DNA of 64,000 nt, taken from positions 903 to 64,902 of the IMG/VR virus record IMGVR_UViG_2841440409_000001; one strand, given 5' to 3'. This document shows positions 9,518 to 20,700 of this stretch, in pieces; positions within the stretch are counted from its first letter, which is position 1; each line of letters opens with the position of its first letter. Below the pieces are notes generated by a model. It did no database searches and had not been told where the DNA came from. It saw only the letters and a list, made by a program, of their open reading frames with translations. The stretch is from a virus. Lineage: Duplodnaviria; Caudoviricetes. The position numbers and the translations under genes were made by a program.

Positions 9518-9744
9518 TGGGCCGCATCGACTGGATCCCAATCGAGGATATCCCGGATCGCCTGAAAGACGGGCGCGATGTATTGTTCTGGAGCAACGAC
9601 GAGGCTGTGATTGCTATCTGGGATCGCTTTCTTGACGGCGAAGATGATTATTATGAAGATTGGGCAACGAGGGAGGGTGGCAACCTGATCGGTGCCACAC
9701 ACTTCGCCGAGATCAATGTGCCCGATTGTTTGAGCGCGGATTGA
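9517..9744 (+). CDS. Small acidic phage protein (WIPIE..P.DG motif)
   Basis: Motif common in phage accessory proteins; coupled start. Confidence 0.6.
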   Translation: MGRIDWIPIEDIPDRLKDGRDVLFWSNDEAVIAIWDRFLDGEDDYYEDWATREGGNLIGATHFAEINVPDCLSAD

Positions 9745-9762
9745 TGAGGAATAGAGGATTTT

Positions 9763-9939
9763 ATGGCTAGGTTCGTGAAGTTTCCGATTGATGGTGGCGA
9801 ATATTTCGTGAACCCGGAGGCAGTCTGTGGATTCCATAGGAAGAGCGCTAGTTACACCTCAGTCGCTCTTCTCAATGGCAAATTTTTTGATGCAAAGGCC
9901 ACGCCCGAAGAGGTGCTGCGTATCTTGACGCATCAGTAA
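9763..9939 (+). CDS. 58-aa hypothetical protein (not in ORF track)
   Basis: GAGGA RBS; MARFVKFP...LTHQ; lower GC. Confidence 0.55.
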   Translation: MARFVKFPIDGGEYFVNPEAVCGFHRKSASYTSVALLNGKFFDAKATPEEVLRILTHQ

Positions 9940-10460
9940 TCATTATCGGGACTGGATGCCGGCTGGTTGATCTGTGTCGCCCAGCCGTACGCGCCTTGGG
10001 CATAGGCAGTATTTTCAGCGCAGATGAGCGCGTCGCCCTGCGATATCAGGATGGTGCCGAAGGGGATTCCGTCACCGGTGCCGACAGGAAGGTCGGAATC
10101 TTCGGCGCCTTCAGCAGGAAGGCTGGCGTGATCGGCCGATCGGGGCAGATCGGCGCCGCGGCTCGAATGTCCAGCGGTTTGGGCCCGCACGAGGCGAGCA
10201 TAGCGCTCGCGCAAAGCGTCGTAGTCAGACTGAGCAGATTGAGCGGCTTTCGCATCTTTGGCCTCCTGTTTGGCTTTCTGGTCCAGCGCGTCCGCCTTCG
10301 CCTCTGCCTGGGCGTGCGCGACGGCCGTCTTCCAGAGTTCGAACTTGCCGCGCTCGTCGGCGAGTGTGGCACGCGTGAGCAGCAGCGCCGCCAGTAGCGC
10401 GACGATGACGACGCCGGCGGCGATCACGGCCACGAGGCGGATGCGGGGCAGGCCGATCAT
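9933..10460 (-). CDS. Rz-like inner-membrane spanin
   Basis: N-terminal TM helix then Ala/Lys/Gln coiled coil; ATGA overlap with endolysin. Confidence 0.75.
   Translation of the reverse strand: MIGLPRIRLVAVIAAGVVIVALLAALLLTRATLADERGKFELWKTAVAHAQAEAKADALDQKAKQEAKDAKAAQSAQSDYDALRERYARLVRAQTAGHSSRGADLPRSADHASLPAEGAEDSDLPVGTGDGIPFGTILISQGDALICAENTAYAQGAYGWATQINQPASSPDNDY
10046..10255 (-). CDS. Rz1-like outer-membrane lipoprotein spanin embedded in Rz
   Basis: MRKPLNLLSL...LASC lipobox, Pro-rich mature part, alternative frame inside Rz. Confidence 0.75.
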   Translation of the reverse strand: MRKPLNLLSLTTTLCASAMLASCGPKPLDIRAAAPICPDRPITPAFLLKAPKIPTFLSAPVTESPSAPS

Positions 10461-11053
10461 GCCGCGTCCTTCAGGCAGATAGCACGCTCGCGGCTTCGCC
10501 GGCCGGCCAGCCCGTTGCTCACGACCTTCTTGCCGTTCTTCGTCACCTTGTTCCAGGGCAGCAGGGCGTCGCAGCCTGCCGTGATCCTGCTGGCATTGAA
10601 CATCCGGCGTGCGGTCGAGCTGCACCAGTTCGCGACTCCGACATTGTAGGCCAGACTGACGGCCGCGAAACGCGCATGGTCGCGGCGCGGATAGGTTAGC
10701 GCCAGGCCGGGCGTGCATTGCATCACGCCCTTCGCATGGACGACGAGCTCTTCCTCCAGCATCGCGGTGCATTGCGCCTCGGTGAATTGGTCGGCGATCT
10801 TGATCTTGCGCCCATGATAGCTGGTAAGGCCATCGCAGGCCGTTGGGACGCCGACGATATCGAGATACGCGCGCAGATATTGGCGCCCACTGATATGCTG
10901 TACGGTCGCGGCGCCATCCGGCGCCATCTCGACCTTGACCGTGCGGCCGCTTTCCTCCTTGGGGATGTTGACCAGTAATAGGCTGGCGGTGGCGAGCCCG
11001 ACGATCGCGGCCAGACCGCGCCGCGGCGTCACGATCAGCTTGTCATTCGCCAT
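10457..11053 (-). CDS. GH24 lysozyme, probable SAR endolysin
   Basis: Gly/Ala-rich hydrophobic N-terminus; AYLDIVGVPTACDG, SLAYNVG, GLAGRRSRE. Confidence 0.88.
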   Translation of the reverse strand: MANDKLIVTPRRGLAAIVGLATASLLLVNIPKEESGRTVKVEMAPDGAATVQHISGRQYLRAYLDIVGVPTACDGLTSYHGRKIKIADQFTEAQCTAMLEEELVVHAKGVMQCTPGLALTYPRRDHARFAAVSLAYNVGVANWCSSTARRMFNASRITAGCDALLPWNKVTKNGKKVVSNGLAGRRSRERAICLKDAA

Positions 11054-11276
11054 CCTTCTTCTCCTTGGTCAGCACGCGGGCGAGGGGGATGATGACGAAC
11101 AGGACGAGCGCGATCGTGTCGGCGTGCGGGATCGAGGCGCGCACGTCTTCCGGGAGGCCTAACCATGTCTGGCCTGCGACCTCAGCTGCTACCATGAGCA
11201 GCGCGCCGGCCGCGCTGATGCGGACCGACGCCCACTTCCATGCCTGGCGCCATTCGTCGATGAGCTTGAACTTCAT
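11043..11276 (-). CDS. Holin-like protein
   Basis: 77 aa, two TM segments, charged C-terminus, directly upstream of endolysin. Confidence 0.75.
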   Translation of the reverse strand: MKFKLIDEWRQAWKWASVRISAAGALLMVAAEVAGQTWLGLPEDVRASIPHADTIALVLFVIIPLARVLTKEKKDGE

Positions 11277-11617
11277 TGGTCGCCCCCTCCGAGATTGTGA
11301 AAGCCCTCCAGCCGGCCGATGCGGCGATCGGCGTCGGCGAAGCGCGCGTCCTGGCTCTCGACCTGTGCTTTTTGCCGCTCGTCGATGCGGACGAGGGTCT
11401 GCTGCATGTCGTTGACCGTGGTGACGAGCCAGATGAAGATGCCTACGACGCCAGCCGTCATGACTGCGCTGATGATGCCTGCCGCCCACTTCATTGGTGC
11501 TGGGATGTCCACTACTGGTTCGGGAAGGGGGCGCTCATGTTTCGTTAGCGCGATGTCGGCAGCCTGCTCCGCGAGGATGCGGAGTTGCGCGAGCAATGCA
11601 GGATCGGTCCCGCCCAT
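11273..11617 (-). CDS. Single-TM coiled-coil protein heading the lysis cassette (start uncertain)
   Basis: One TM helix then coiled coil; ATGA overlap with holin. Confidence 0.6.
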   Translation of the reverse strand: MGGTDPALLAQLRILAEQAADIALTKHERPLPEPVVDIPAPMKWAAGIISAVMTAGVVGIFIWLVTTVNDMQQTLVRIDERQKAQVESQDARFADADRRIGRLEGFHNLGGGDQ

Positions 11618-11679
11618 GTCAGGCGGCTCCTGCAAGTATCAATGTCGAGAATTCCCAAGGCATCGTGCTGTCCTGATGG

Positions 11680-11740
11680 ACCGCACGTCATGCGCGATGG
11701 TTGATGGCCGCAATCTAGCCGATTGGCGTGAGTGTGCCAA
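11680..11740 (-). promoter_or_regulatory. Late-block promoter plus leader hairpin, copy 1
   Basis: TTGGCA-17-TAGATT followed by ATC-GCGC-ATGAC-GTGC-GGT. Confidence 0.65.
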
Positions 11741-11751
11741 TCGGCAATCTT

Positions 11752-14700
11752 TTACTCATCCTCGCTATACAGCAACGGCGCGGCCTCATCCTGTAGCCGC
11801 CCTGCGAGCTTCGGATTAAGGTAGACGCCGGTGGCCTTTCGCTCGCGCATTTGCTGCCGCGATTTCATCGATCGACGGATATCTCGGGCGCGCACTGGAT
11901 AATCAGGGTTCGCCTCGTTGAACTTGTCTATCCGCTCAGCGATGGCGGCCGTATCCCGGCCCTCACGCTGTGCTTGATCGAAGTCGGCAAGGATATTGCT
12001 CCGCTGATCGAGGATACGCTGCTCCTTGTTCTTCATTGCGCGGTTCTGGTCGTAGCGTTCCGCCAACTCGGCCGGGGTGAAGCCCAGCGCCTGCTTGATC
12101 GCGTCGGCGGCACCCATGTCCTCAATGATCGGATCGCCCTTCAACGTCTGCGCGCCCTCGCTCATATAGCGATAGGACCGCATGATATCCTTCGCGAACT
12201 TTGGCATGATCGTCTCGATGCCACGATAGACGTGACCGTCGGCAATCATCGACGCACCGGTCCAGGCATTGCGAAGAATACCCACGCCAGCGCCGAGCAC
12301 CTGCATGGCCCAATAGTCGAATTCCGTGGCACCCTCCAACTGCCGGTCCGGCGAGCGGAACCACAGGTCGGGCATGCCCACGCGCTCAGAGATGTCGATG
12401 CCAAGAACGTCGCCGGGCACGCCATTGAGGGCCATGCCGCCAGCCCGCCGTCCAAGCGCCGCGATCAGCAGCTTGGCAAAGTCGTCCTCGGCGTCGTCTC
12501 CGAAGAACATGGATGCGAGCATCATAGCGATGCCGTACATCCAAGTGCCCCTGATGCCTGCGGTCAGCATCATCATGCCTGTCACCCCCGCCAGCTGCGT
12601 GCGCGCCTCGCGCCGCTCCTGGGCGGTGGCGCCTTTTACGGCCTGATGCGTGTCGCGAAACAGTCGCCAGAGCATGTTGACCTGGAAATTGCGGAAAGTG
12701 AGCAGAACTTTGGCGGTGTCCGACTGCATGATGCGAGGACGGCTCGTGTTCTGATAATCGAAATGGATCTTCCAGGTCAGTTCGGAAGCCCGGCCAATCG
12801 CCATGTTGTGCGGCTCACCCTTGCGCCGGGCCATGCGATAGGCCGCGAGGAACGTCACTTCGCGGTTCATACGCTCGGTGTGATGGAACGCCCAGCTGAT
12901 GGCACCCATCACTTTCGTCCGGATCGGACTGTATTCGACGCCCGTTTCGCCAACGCCCGCCAGATCGTGAGATTGCGTGCGCTCGATCAGGCCAGTCTCA
13001 TAGGCCTGCTCCATCGCATCGCGCTCCTGGGCGCTGAGCGCGCCCGCCCGGGCCGCGTGGCCCTTGCCAGCCGTGAAGTCGCGCAATGCCTTGCCCAGCT
13101 CGAACGCGGCGCGCCCTGCGCCGCGCCCGGCGCTGCCTTCATAGGCGGCAAGGATCGGCACACCCATCACTGCGGTCTGGGCGGTGTTCACCAGCGCGGC
13201 GGCCGGACTGACGGATAGGTGATATACGAACGCGGCCGATGTCAGCGTCTGCGCCAGCGGGCCGCCGGTAGGGTTCATGATGAACTGGTTCCGGCGCGTC
13301 ATTTCGTTGACGATGAGACCGGCGCGCACAGGGTCGGGCATCGTCTTCGCCTGATCACGCGCGAGAGCGATCGTCTCGTCCAGATCGAGCGCATATTTAA
13401 GGCGCGCGAGCTGGTGGGAGCCGTGGAACATGTGATGGCCAAAGACGCGGATCGCGTCCGACGAAAAGCCCGCGCGCCCCTTTCTGTGGATGCGGCTCGT
13501 GCGGATCGACATGTCTGGCATCGTTTCGAGCCAGCGCTGCCAAACTGCGTCGCGCACGGAGTCGCTGACGTCGGCGCCTTCAAGGATGGATTCGATGTCG
13601 GTGACGAAGCGCGCATCGACCTGCGCCTTGAGCGCGCCGCCGTCTTCGAGAACGCCGATCACCGCGATGTGCCCGGCATCGCGCATTTGCTTGGCGAATG
13701 CCTGCTGCTCGCCGGGCCTTTCGAAGCGCGAGAAGCTGATGACCTGGTCCGTTTTCTGGTCACGCACCGTCACGAAGAAGTTGCCGAACCGGGACAGAGG
13801 GAAATAGGGGCCGGACAGATTGTTGGTTTCGAAGAAGTTCCTCAGGCGCGTCATACGCGCGCCCTTGGCCCACCCTTGAAGCTGACGCTGCTTGGCCCAT
13901 TCTCGCTCGGCCTTCGCCACCGCAAGCTCGCGGGCGTCGGCCGCCATGTCGGTGTCGGCAATCCGGATCAGTTCTGCGTCATACGCGCGCTTCGCCTGCC
14001 GGAACTTGATGTCGAGCGCCTTGGAGAGATTGTCGAGCAACACTTGCTCGAAAGCGTCCGATAGCGCGCGATACGTGTCGCGCACGTCGACATAGATGTT
14101 CCGGGCATCCGCCGGCAGGGCCGTGAAAGCCGCCGAGAGACGCGCGTGGGCAGACATGCGAGCCTGGTCACGCTGCCACTTTTCAGCCGCGGCATCATAC
14201 GCGTCGGTCCCAGGCTTCCCACGCAATGTCTGTCGATCGACCTTCGTGAGAATCGACGTGAATTTCTTCGCAGGATCGACGCCCGAGAGTGTGGCGTCGT
14301 GCATGATGTTCATGAGCTTCTGGTTTTCCGCTCGGTTGAGCACGCGGAATTTGAGCCATGGCTGGGCGACAGCATCTGACCGGGCATGCCACTGATCGCG
14401 CAGCGCATCCATGGCCTGCTTGAGGTCCAGATATTCACGCGCGGCCGGAATGCGCGAAGCCATCTCCGTCAGCAGCGGGCGGAGCGGAATCACGCCCAAC
14501 ACACTCGCTTTGCCATCCATTGCCTTAGTGACGAGGTTCGCGATCATGCCAGGAGTGACGACATCGACCTGTCGTTCGGAAGGGACGACGCGGCTGAAAG
14601 CGGTGTTCGAGTTCGGTGCCGTTATCCCTGATCGCAGGGCGGCAGCAGCGAGCGCCTGCAGCTGGGCGGGGGTGACACTGCCCAGCTGCACGCCAAATCG

Positions 14701-17700
14701 ACGCAGAAGCCACGCCTTGAGCGCGCCGACGAGGCGGTCCGCCGCCTCCCGCACGCCAGCCGGCGCCTGCGCGCGCTCCTCGACGGCGTAGGCTGCGAAC
14801 TCCTCAACTTCCATGCCCAGTTGGGGATGGGCTGCGTCGACCCTTTCAAGGGCTCGTCGCCAAAAAGCCGTATTGCCGCGATCGGCCGTCGATTCGCGGA
14901 GCTCGGCCGAACGATAGAGCGCGTTGATCCGTGCAAGGGCAGCTTCCCAGTTCGCGTTGCCGATCAGCGGACGTACGCCGGCATGGAACATTTCGTGGAG
15001 CAGGACCGGCATCGCCGTGTCACTCGTGAGCTTGTCCGCCACGAGATGAATGCGGCCGTCCCGGCTGGTCATGCCCTGGACCACGTCGTGTCCGCCATCA
15101 GGGTTGGCGGTGAAAATGTTGTGGAGTATAGTGCGAATTGCTCCGGCACCCGCTCCAGAACGCATCCCAGCTTCGGCTGCATCTGCACTGGTCTTGAAGG
15201 CGGGCTGTCGGAGCACCTCTCTCAGAGCCACCTCGTGCACGTACATCCGCTTGGCGTTGATGTCCGATCGTACCATGACGATCGCGACCATGTCCTGATT
15301 GCCCATGCGGATCGGCGCTGCGACGAAATGCGCCATGCCGCCGTCACGCGAGCCGGCAAGCGGTTCGCTATGAACGATCCGGCCATGTCGAAGCACGTCG
15401 GGCACGGCCGCGAAGGCGGACGCCTTATTTCGGCTCAGGCCGTGCGACACGGAATTTTTCACGGCTTTAGCATCCAGCGACACCGCACCGATGCCGGGCG
15501 TTTGGACGATCTGATGATCGTTGTCAGCATACCAGCGCGCCACCTTGGCGGTAAGCGGCTGGCCGTCCGGTGCGAACTCGTCGCCCTTGAGCGTCACGAT
15601 CGGCTCGCCCTCCAGATAGGCGCGAATATTGGCGCGCGAAGCGCTTGCAGGGAGGGTGTCGCCATTTGCGTGAAGCACGATCTTCCCAGCGTCGATAAGC
15701 GCCGTGATCGATGGTCCCAGACGTCCTTCGTCCAAGTGCCGGCGCAAGCCGTCAACCGATGTGAACCCGCCCCCTGCCGGTGCCGCGATACTGTGTGCCG
15801 CTGGGCTGTCGGCTGGCTGCGCGGGATCTGCCTTGACCTCCTTTTCGACCAGCTGCGGCGCTTCAAACGGCCGCTCCTCGTAAATAGCGATCCCCTGGTC
15901 ATCTCGCGCTTCGGCATAGGGTATCGTGACCGTGCCTCGCTCGTCGTTTGCAAGAACGAACCAGCCGTCCGGGGCCCAGCGATGCCCAGCGACGGTGAAC
16001 TCGGCGCCGTTCCAGTGGATGGAGGTGTCTACAGGCGCGCCGGTGCGCAGCCAGGCCGGGGGCGGCACCGGGTTTGCCTGGATGTCGGCCTCCAGATCGG
16101 TCAACGCCTTGCCATAGCGTTCGAGTTCAGCCGAAAGGTGGAACGGCTCCTGTGTCAGAGCCTCCAGCCGCGTGATCGTCGCCCGCTGCTCCTCCATCTG
16201 GGCGCGTCGGCGCGCGGTGTCGGGCGCGAGGCGCCGAAGCGACTGCTCCATGCCTTGCACGCTCGTGCCGGTGAATACTTTGCCATCGATGACGACGCGC
16301 AACTCGGGGCTCTTGGAAAGACCGGGCCAGCCGACGAGCAGTTCGTAACGTCCGAAGCTGCCGATCGCCACCGGCGCGTCGCCCATCCGCAGATTGTGCG
16401 CCGCCCAGGCGTTTATGGCCTCGTCAGCCTCCTTGCGCTTGTCGTAGGGCTTGCCGTCGATGGTGATGGCGAAGCCCTTGCCGGCATTGGCCGCGACGAG
16501 GCTCTCCGTGGCCTCGACGGTGCCACGCTTGTCGAGTTCAGCCAGATCCGTCTCGGTGTCGCTGACGAAGCCTCGCAACATGCGAGCCTGCCCGATGGCA
16601 TTGGCGATCCCCTGGGTATGCAGGCGCTCTCGGCGCTGGACGCCGTCGAGCTGCTTGCGAAGCTTTTCCCGGATCAGGATGCGCGGATCGCCCGCCGCCT
16701 CGGCAAAGGACTGGAGGATATCGCTCTGCTCGTCGGCCGCCGCTTCACCTTCAATGGTGCGCGCGCTGTCATCGGCCTTGAGGAAGGCGGTGATGAAACG
16801 CTGCTTGATAGCGAGCACCTGCCAACGCCGGCCGTCGAGACGATCGGTGAGATACCGATATTCCAGCACGGTGTTCCACTGGTTGCCCTGACGCTGCCCG
16901 CGCCCGTTGCGTTGCTCCAGGTCGCCCGGCATCCATGGAGCGTCCATGTGGTGCATGGCGCGGAGGTTGCGCTGCATGTTGACGCCCACGCCCAGGGTCG
17001 CGGTAGAGCCGATGACGACGCGCACTTTGCCGCTGTTCATCGCGACGGCGATCTCTTTGCGCTTGTCCTTTGAGGTCGATCCGTCGACCACGGCTATCTG
17101 CGCGCGCGGGATGCCCTGGGCGGCAAGCCGCTCGACAATGTCGCGGATCGTCGAGAAGTAGGGAATGCTCTTTGTGCGCTTCGCTCCGCTATCGTCTCGG
17201 CCGAGGCTGCGGGTGACCCGATTGGAGAACCCCTGCTCGGCAAAAATGACCTGTGTCGCAAGCGGGTGGCTGTCATAGATTTCCTTGACGTTGGCGACGA
17301 CGCGCGACGCCTTGCTGCCCGGATCGTCTATCGCCTTGCCTTCCTGGCCGGCGAGCGACTCCCCGTCATAAAGACGAACGTCGAAGCTCGCTTTGGTCGC
17401 AAGGCCTTCCGTGATGATTGGGGACTCCGGCGAACCGGCGGCCATGGCTTCCTTTTTCTGCTTGCCGGTCATCGAGCGCCAGGCGCGCGCATAGCCGCGC
17501 AGCTCGTCGAATATCACGCGCTGTTGTGGCGTGAGGTCGGAGGTGACGTTGATGACCCGCTTGTAGGGGCGATCCTTCGCGCCCTCCGTCCGGCCGTTGA
17601 GCAGCTCGGCGCGCTCGGCCTCCGTCAGCTCGTCGGCCATCGTTTTGCCGGACGCTGTCCTGCGCGGCTGCATCTCGGGCATATCTGCGGCGAACACGGT

Positions 17701-20700
17701 GTCCATATACTGGCCGATCATTCGGCGCAGTTCGGGCACGTTGATGAACCCGGCGAGGCGCGTGACAGCTTCGTATTCGGCCGCCGCATTCTGCTCGACG
17801 TCCATGACCTCGCGTGCGAACGAGCCAAACCAGCCGTCCCACTGATCGATGCCGGCCGCCTGCATTTCTTCCTGCATGATGTAGCGCATCATGTGGAAGA
17901 CTTCCGTCAGCGTGTTCGTGATCGGCGTGCCGGTGAAAAGATGGACGTTGCCGCCCGCATTCTGCGCCCGGATGTACCGGGTCATGAACGACAAGGAGAT
18001 GGACCGGTCCGACGTCGAGGTGTTGAGCCCCTTCATCTTCATCCTGGTGCTGATTGGCGGCTTCTTGAATTCGTGCGCTTCATCGACCAGGACCATGTCC
18101 ACGCCTAGATCCTCGAAGGCGATCGCGCCCTCGCGCGATGCGCGGTGCGACTGCTTGCGGATGGTCTCGATGATGCGCTGGCGCATCTTCACCAGTTCCT
18201 TGGCCGTCGGCGAGCGCAGTTTCTTCAGGGCCTCGGGATCGTCGAGCATCTCCTCCTTGAGGTCGGCGCCGTCATCGGCGGCGGCGGCATAAGCCTCCTC
18301 TTCGAGCGCCGCGATTTCCTCGCGCGCCATCTCCATCAAGGTTTCCTCCTTGAAGGCGAAGCGATCGATCAGGCTGTGCGGCACGACGACAGCGTCCCAG
18401 TCGTCGTTCGCAATCTGGCGCATTTTGACGTCGATCGTCGCCGGGGAGAGATTGTCGATGTAGAGGATCTTCGCGGCAGGGTACATCTGCTGGATCTCGG
18501 CGCCGACCGTCTTGCTGTTCGCGTTGTGGGCGAGGATCAGCGGCTTGCGCGCAATGCCATATCGACGGCTTTCGACCGCAATGCCGCCCATGGTGAACGT
18601 CTTGCCGGTGCCCACTTCATGCGCATTGAGCGAGCGGCGCGATACGAGCGCGCGCCAGATTGCATCCTGTTGATGCTGACGCAGGTCGAACGGACCGGTC
18701 CCGAGCGAGAGCGCCATACCTTCGAACCGTAGAAACGAGCCGTCGAAGCGCGGGGTCGCATAGGCGTTGCGCACCTCATTATATTCCGCCTCGACCGCAA
18801 CGCGCCGCTCGGGATCGCTCCAGAGCCAATCGGCAAATTTCGTGCGCATCTCTGCGATCTTGCCGTTAACCTCTTCGGTCGCGGCGTGATCGACATAGGA
18901 TGTGCCGTCGCTGTCCTTGCGGCGGATTGTCACGGCCTGGTTGCTGAACGCCGCGTTGACGAGCCGCTGGAAGCCATATTCATCGGTACCGAAACCGGTG
19001 CGAGCCTCGGTCCGCGATTTGAGCCTGTCCTCCATCCGGACTGTCCAGCGCCCGCCATTGTAGCGGACCTCGACGCCCTTGCCGTCGGGCATGCCGAGCA
19101 TGTGGCCGACGAACTCACCGTAGATCTGGGGTGAAACCCACGTTGCGCCCAGCTGCGTCTCGATCTTGAAATAGGGGACGTCGGCCGGAACGACCTCGGT
19201 GAGCGCGTCCACATTGCGCTCCATGTGCGTCATGCCTTCCGCCACGGCCGCCTTGGCCTGGCGCAGCTTCTCACGGACATTGCCGGCGAGATAGATGTCG
19301 CTGGGCACGATATCGCCGCCGGGCAACTCGAACACGGCACCGCTTTCTAGCAGCTGCGCCTTGGCCTCGTCCTGCGGCACGCCGGCCCGCGCTGCGATCG
19401 CATCGAGTGACGGATTAACCGCGGCGTTGCGTTCGAGCACGAACGCTTCGCTCACATTGGGATTGTCGATCGAGGGGGCAGGGCGGGTGGTGCTGCGCGT
19501 GAGGATCGCGGCGCCTTTGCCATCTATCTCCAGCGCTGCGAGCGACGGGTAGAATGGATCGTCGATCTTGCGCATGTATGCGAGGCCGAACGATTCGTTG
19601 AGACGGCCATGCTGCCTGACGAACGCGTCGTAGCTCGACTTGAGCGCTTTGCGGGCGGCGGTGGTGTCGCCGTTGCGCTCTGCGTCGATCAGGTCGGCAT
19701 ATTTGCGGCGCATGTCGACGAGCTGCCCGAGCTGAGCTTCTCTCTGGGCGGTTTTCGCCGGATCCTTCAGGGCAAAGCGTTCGACCTCGGCAGCCGGTGC
19801 CAGATGCTCGCCGCGCACGACAAACAGACCGTCCTTCGTCTGGGTGAGTGCGCCCTCGCGGTCGGCGGTGTGGTTGGCAACATAGCTGATATGCTGCGCG
19901 CGAGCCTCATTGGTATAGGCGCTTTCCGGAACCAGTGCGACGATACGCTGCAACTGCTGAGCCATGTCGTCCGGTCGATGGACGATCATGCCCGGCCGGC
20001 CGCGCGTCGTGCCATGTCCAAAATCGAGCTGCCCGATGACGTGGCCCGGGTTCGCGACATAATATTCGTTCAGCGAGATCTCGCCGCCCGGCGTCTGGAA
20101 GGGGACACTGCCCACCCAGCCTTCGCCATCCGCCAGGCTGATGGGCTCGGCCCGCTTGCGCAGGATGATGATGTCCGTGACGACTTTCGTTCCAGCATAA
20201 TCTGCAAAAGCGCCGGATGGCAGACGGAACGCCGCCACGAGTTCAGCCTTCTTCGCCAGTTCACGCCGAATAGCCGATGCCTTCTTGTCCATCGTGCCGG
20301 ACGAAGTGATGCCCATGACGATCCCGCCCGCGCGCACCTGATCGACGGCCTTCAGGAAGAAATAGTCGTGCAGGAACGGGGACAGGCGATCATATCGCCG
20401 ATCGGCGATCACGGTGTTCTCGAACGGCCAGTTGCCGATGACGGCATCGTAGAAGCCGTCAGGCGTCTTGCTCTCCTGATAGGGCATCACGCGCACGTTG
20501 GCGTCGGGGTAAAGCAGTTGCGCCATGCCGCCGGTCAGGCTGTCGAGTTCTATGCCAGCGAGGCGTGAACGCGCCGCGATTTCAGCTGGCATCATGCCGA
20601 AGAAGTTGCCGATCCCCATGGACGGCTCAAGGACTCGTCCACCCTGGAATCCCATGCGGGCCATCATGTCCCACATGGCCATGACGGTCGGGGGATCGGT

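Noticed and set aside
1-9939. Second att copy (tRNA-Pro 3' end) marking the left prophage end
   Set aside because: No match to TGGTCGGGGAAAGAGGATTCGAACC seen by eye; a short core could have been missed.
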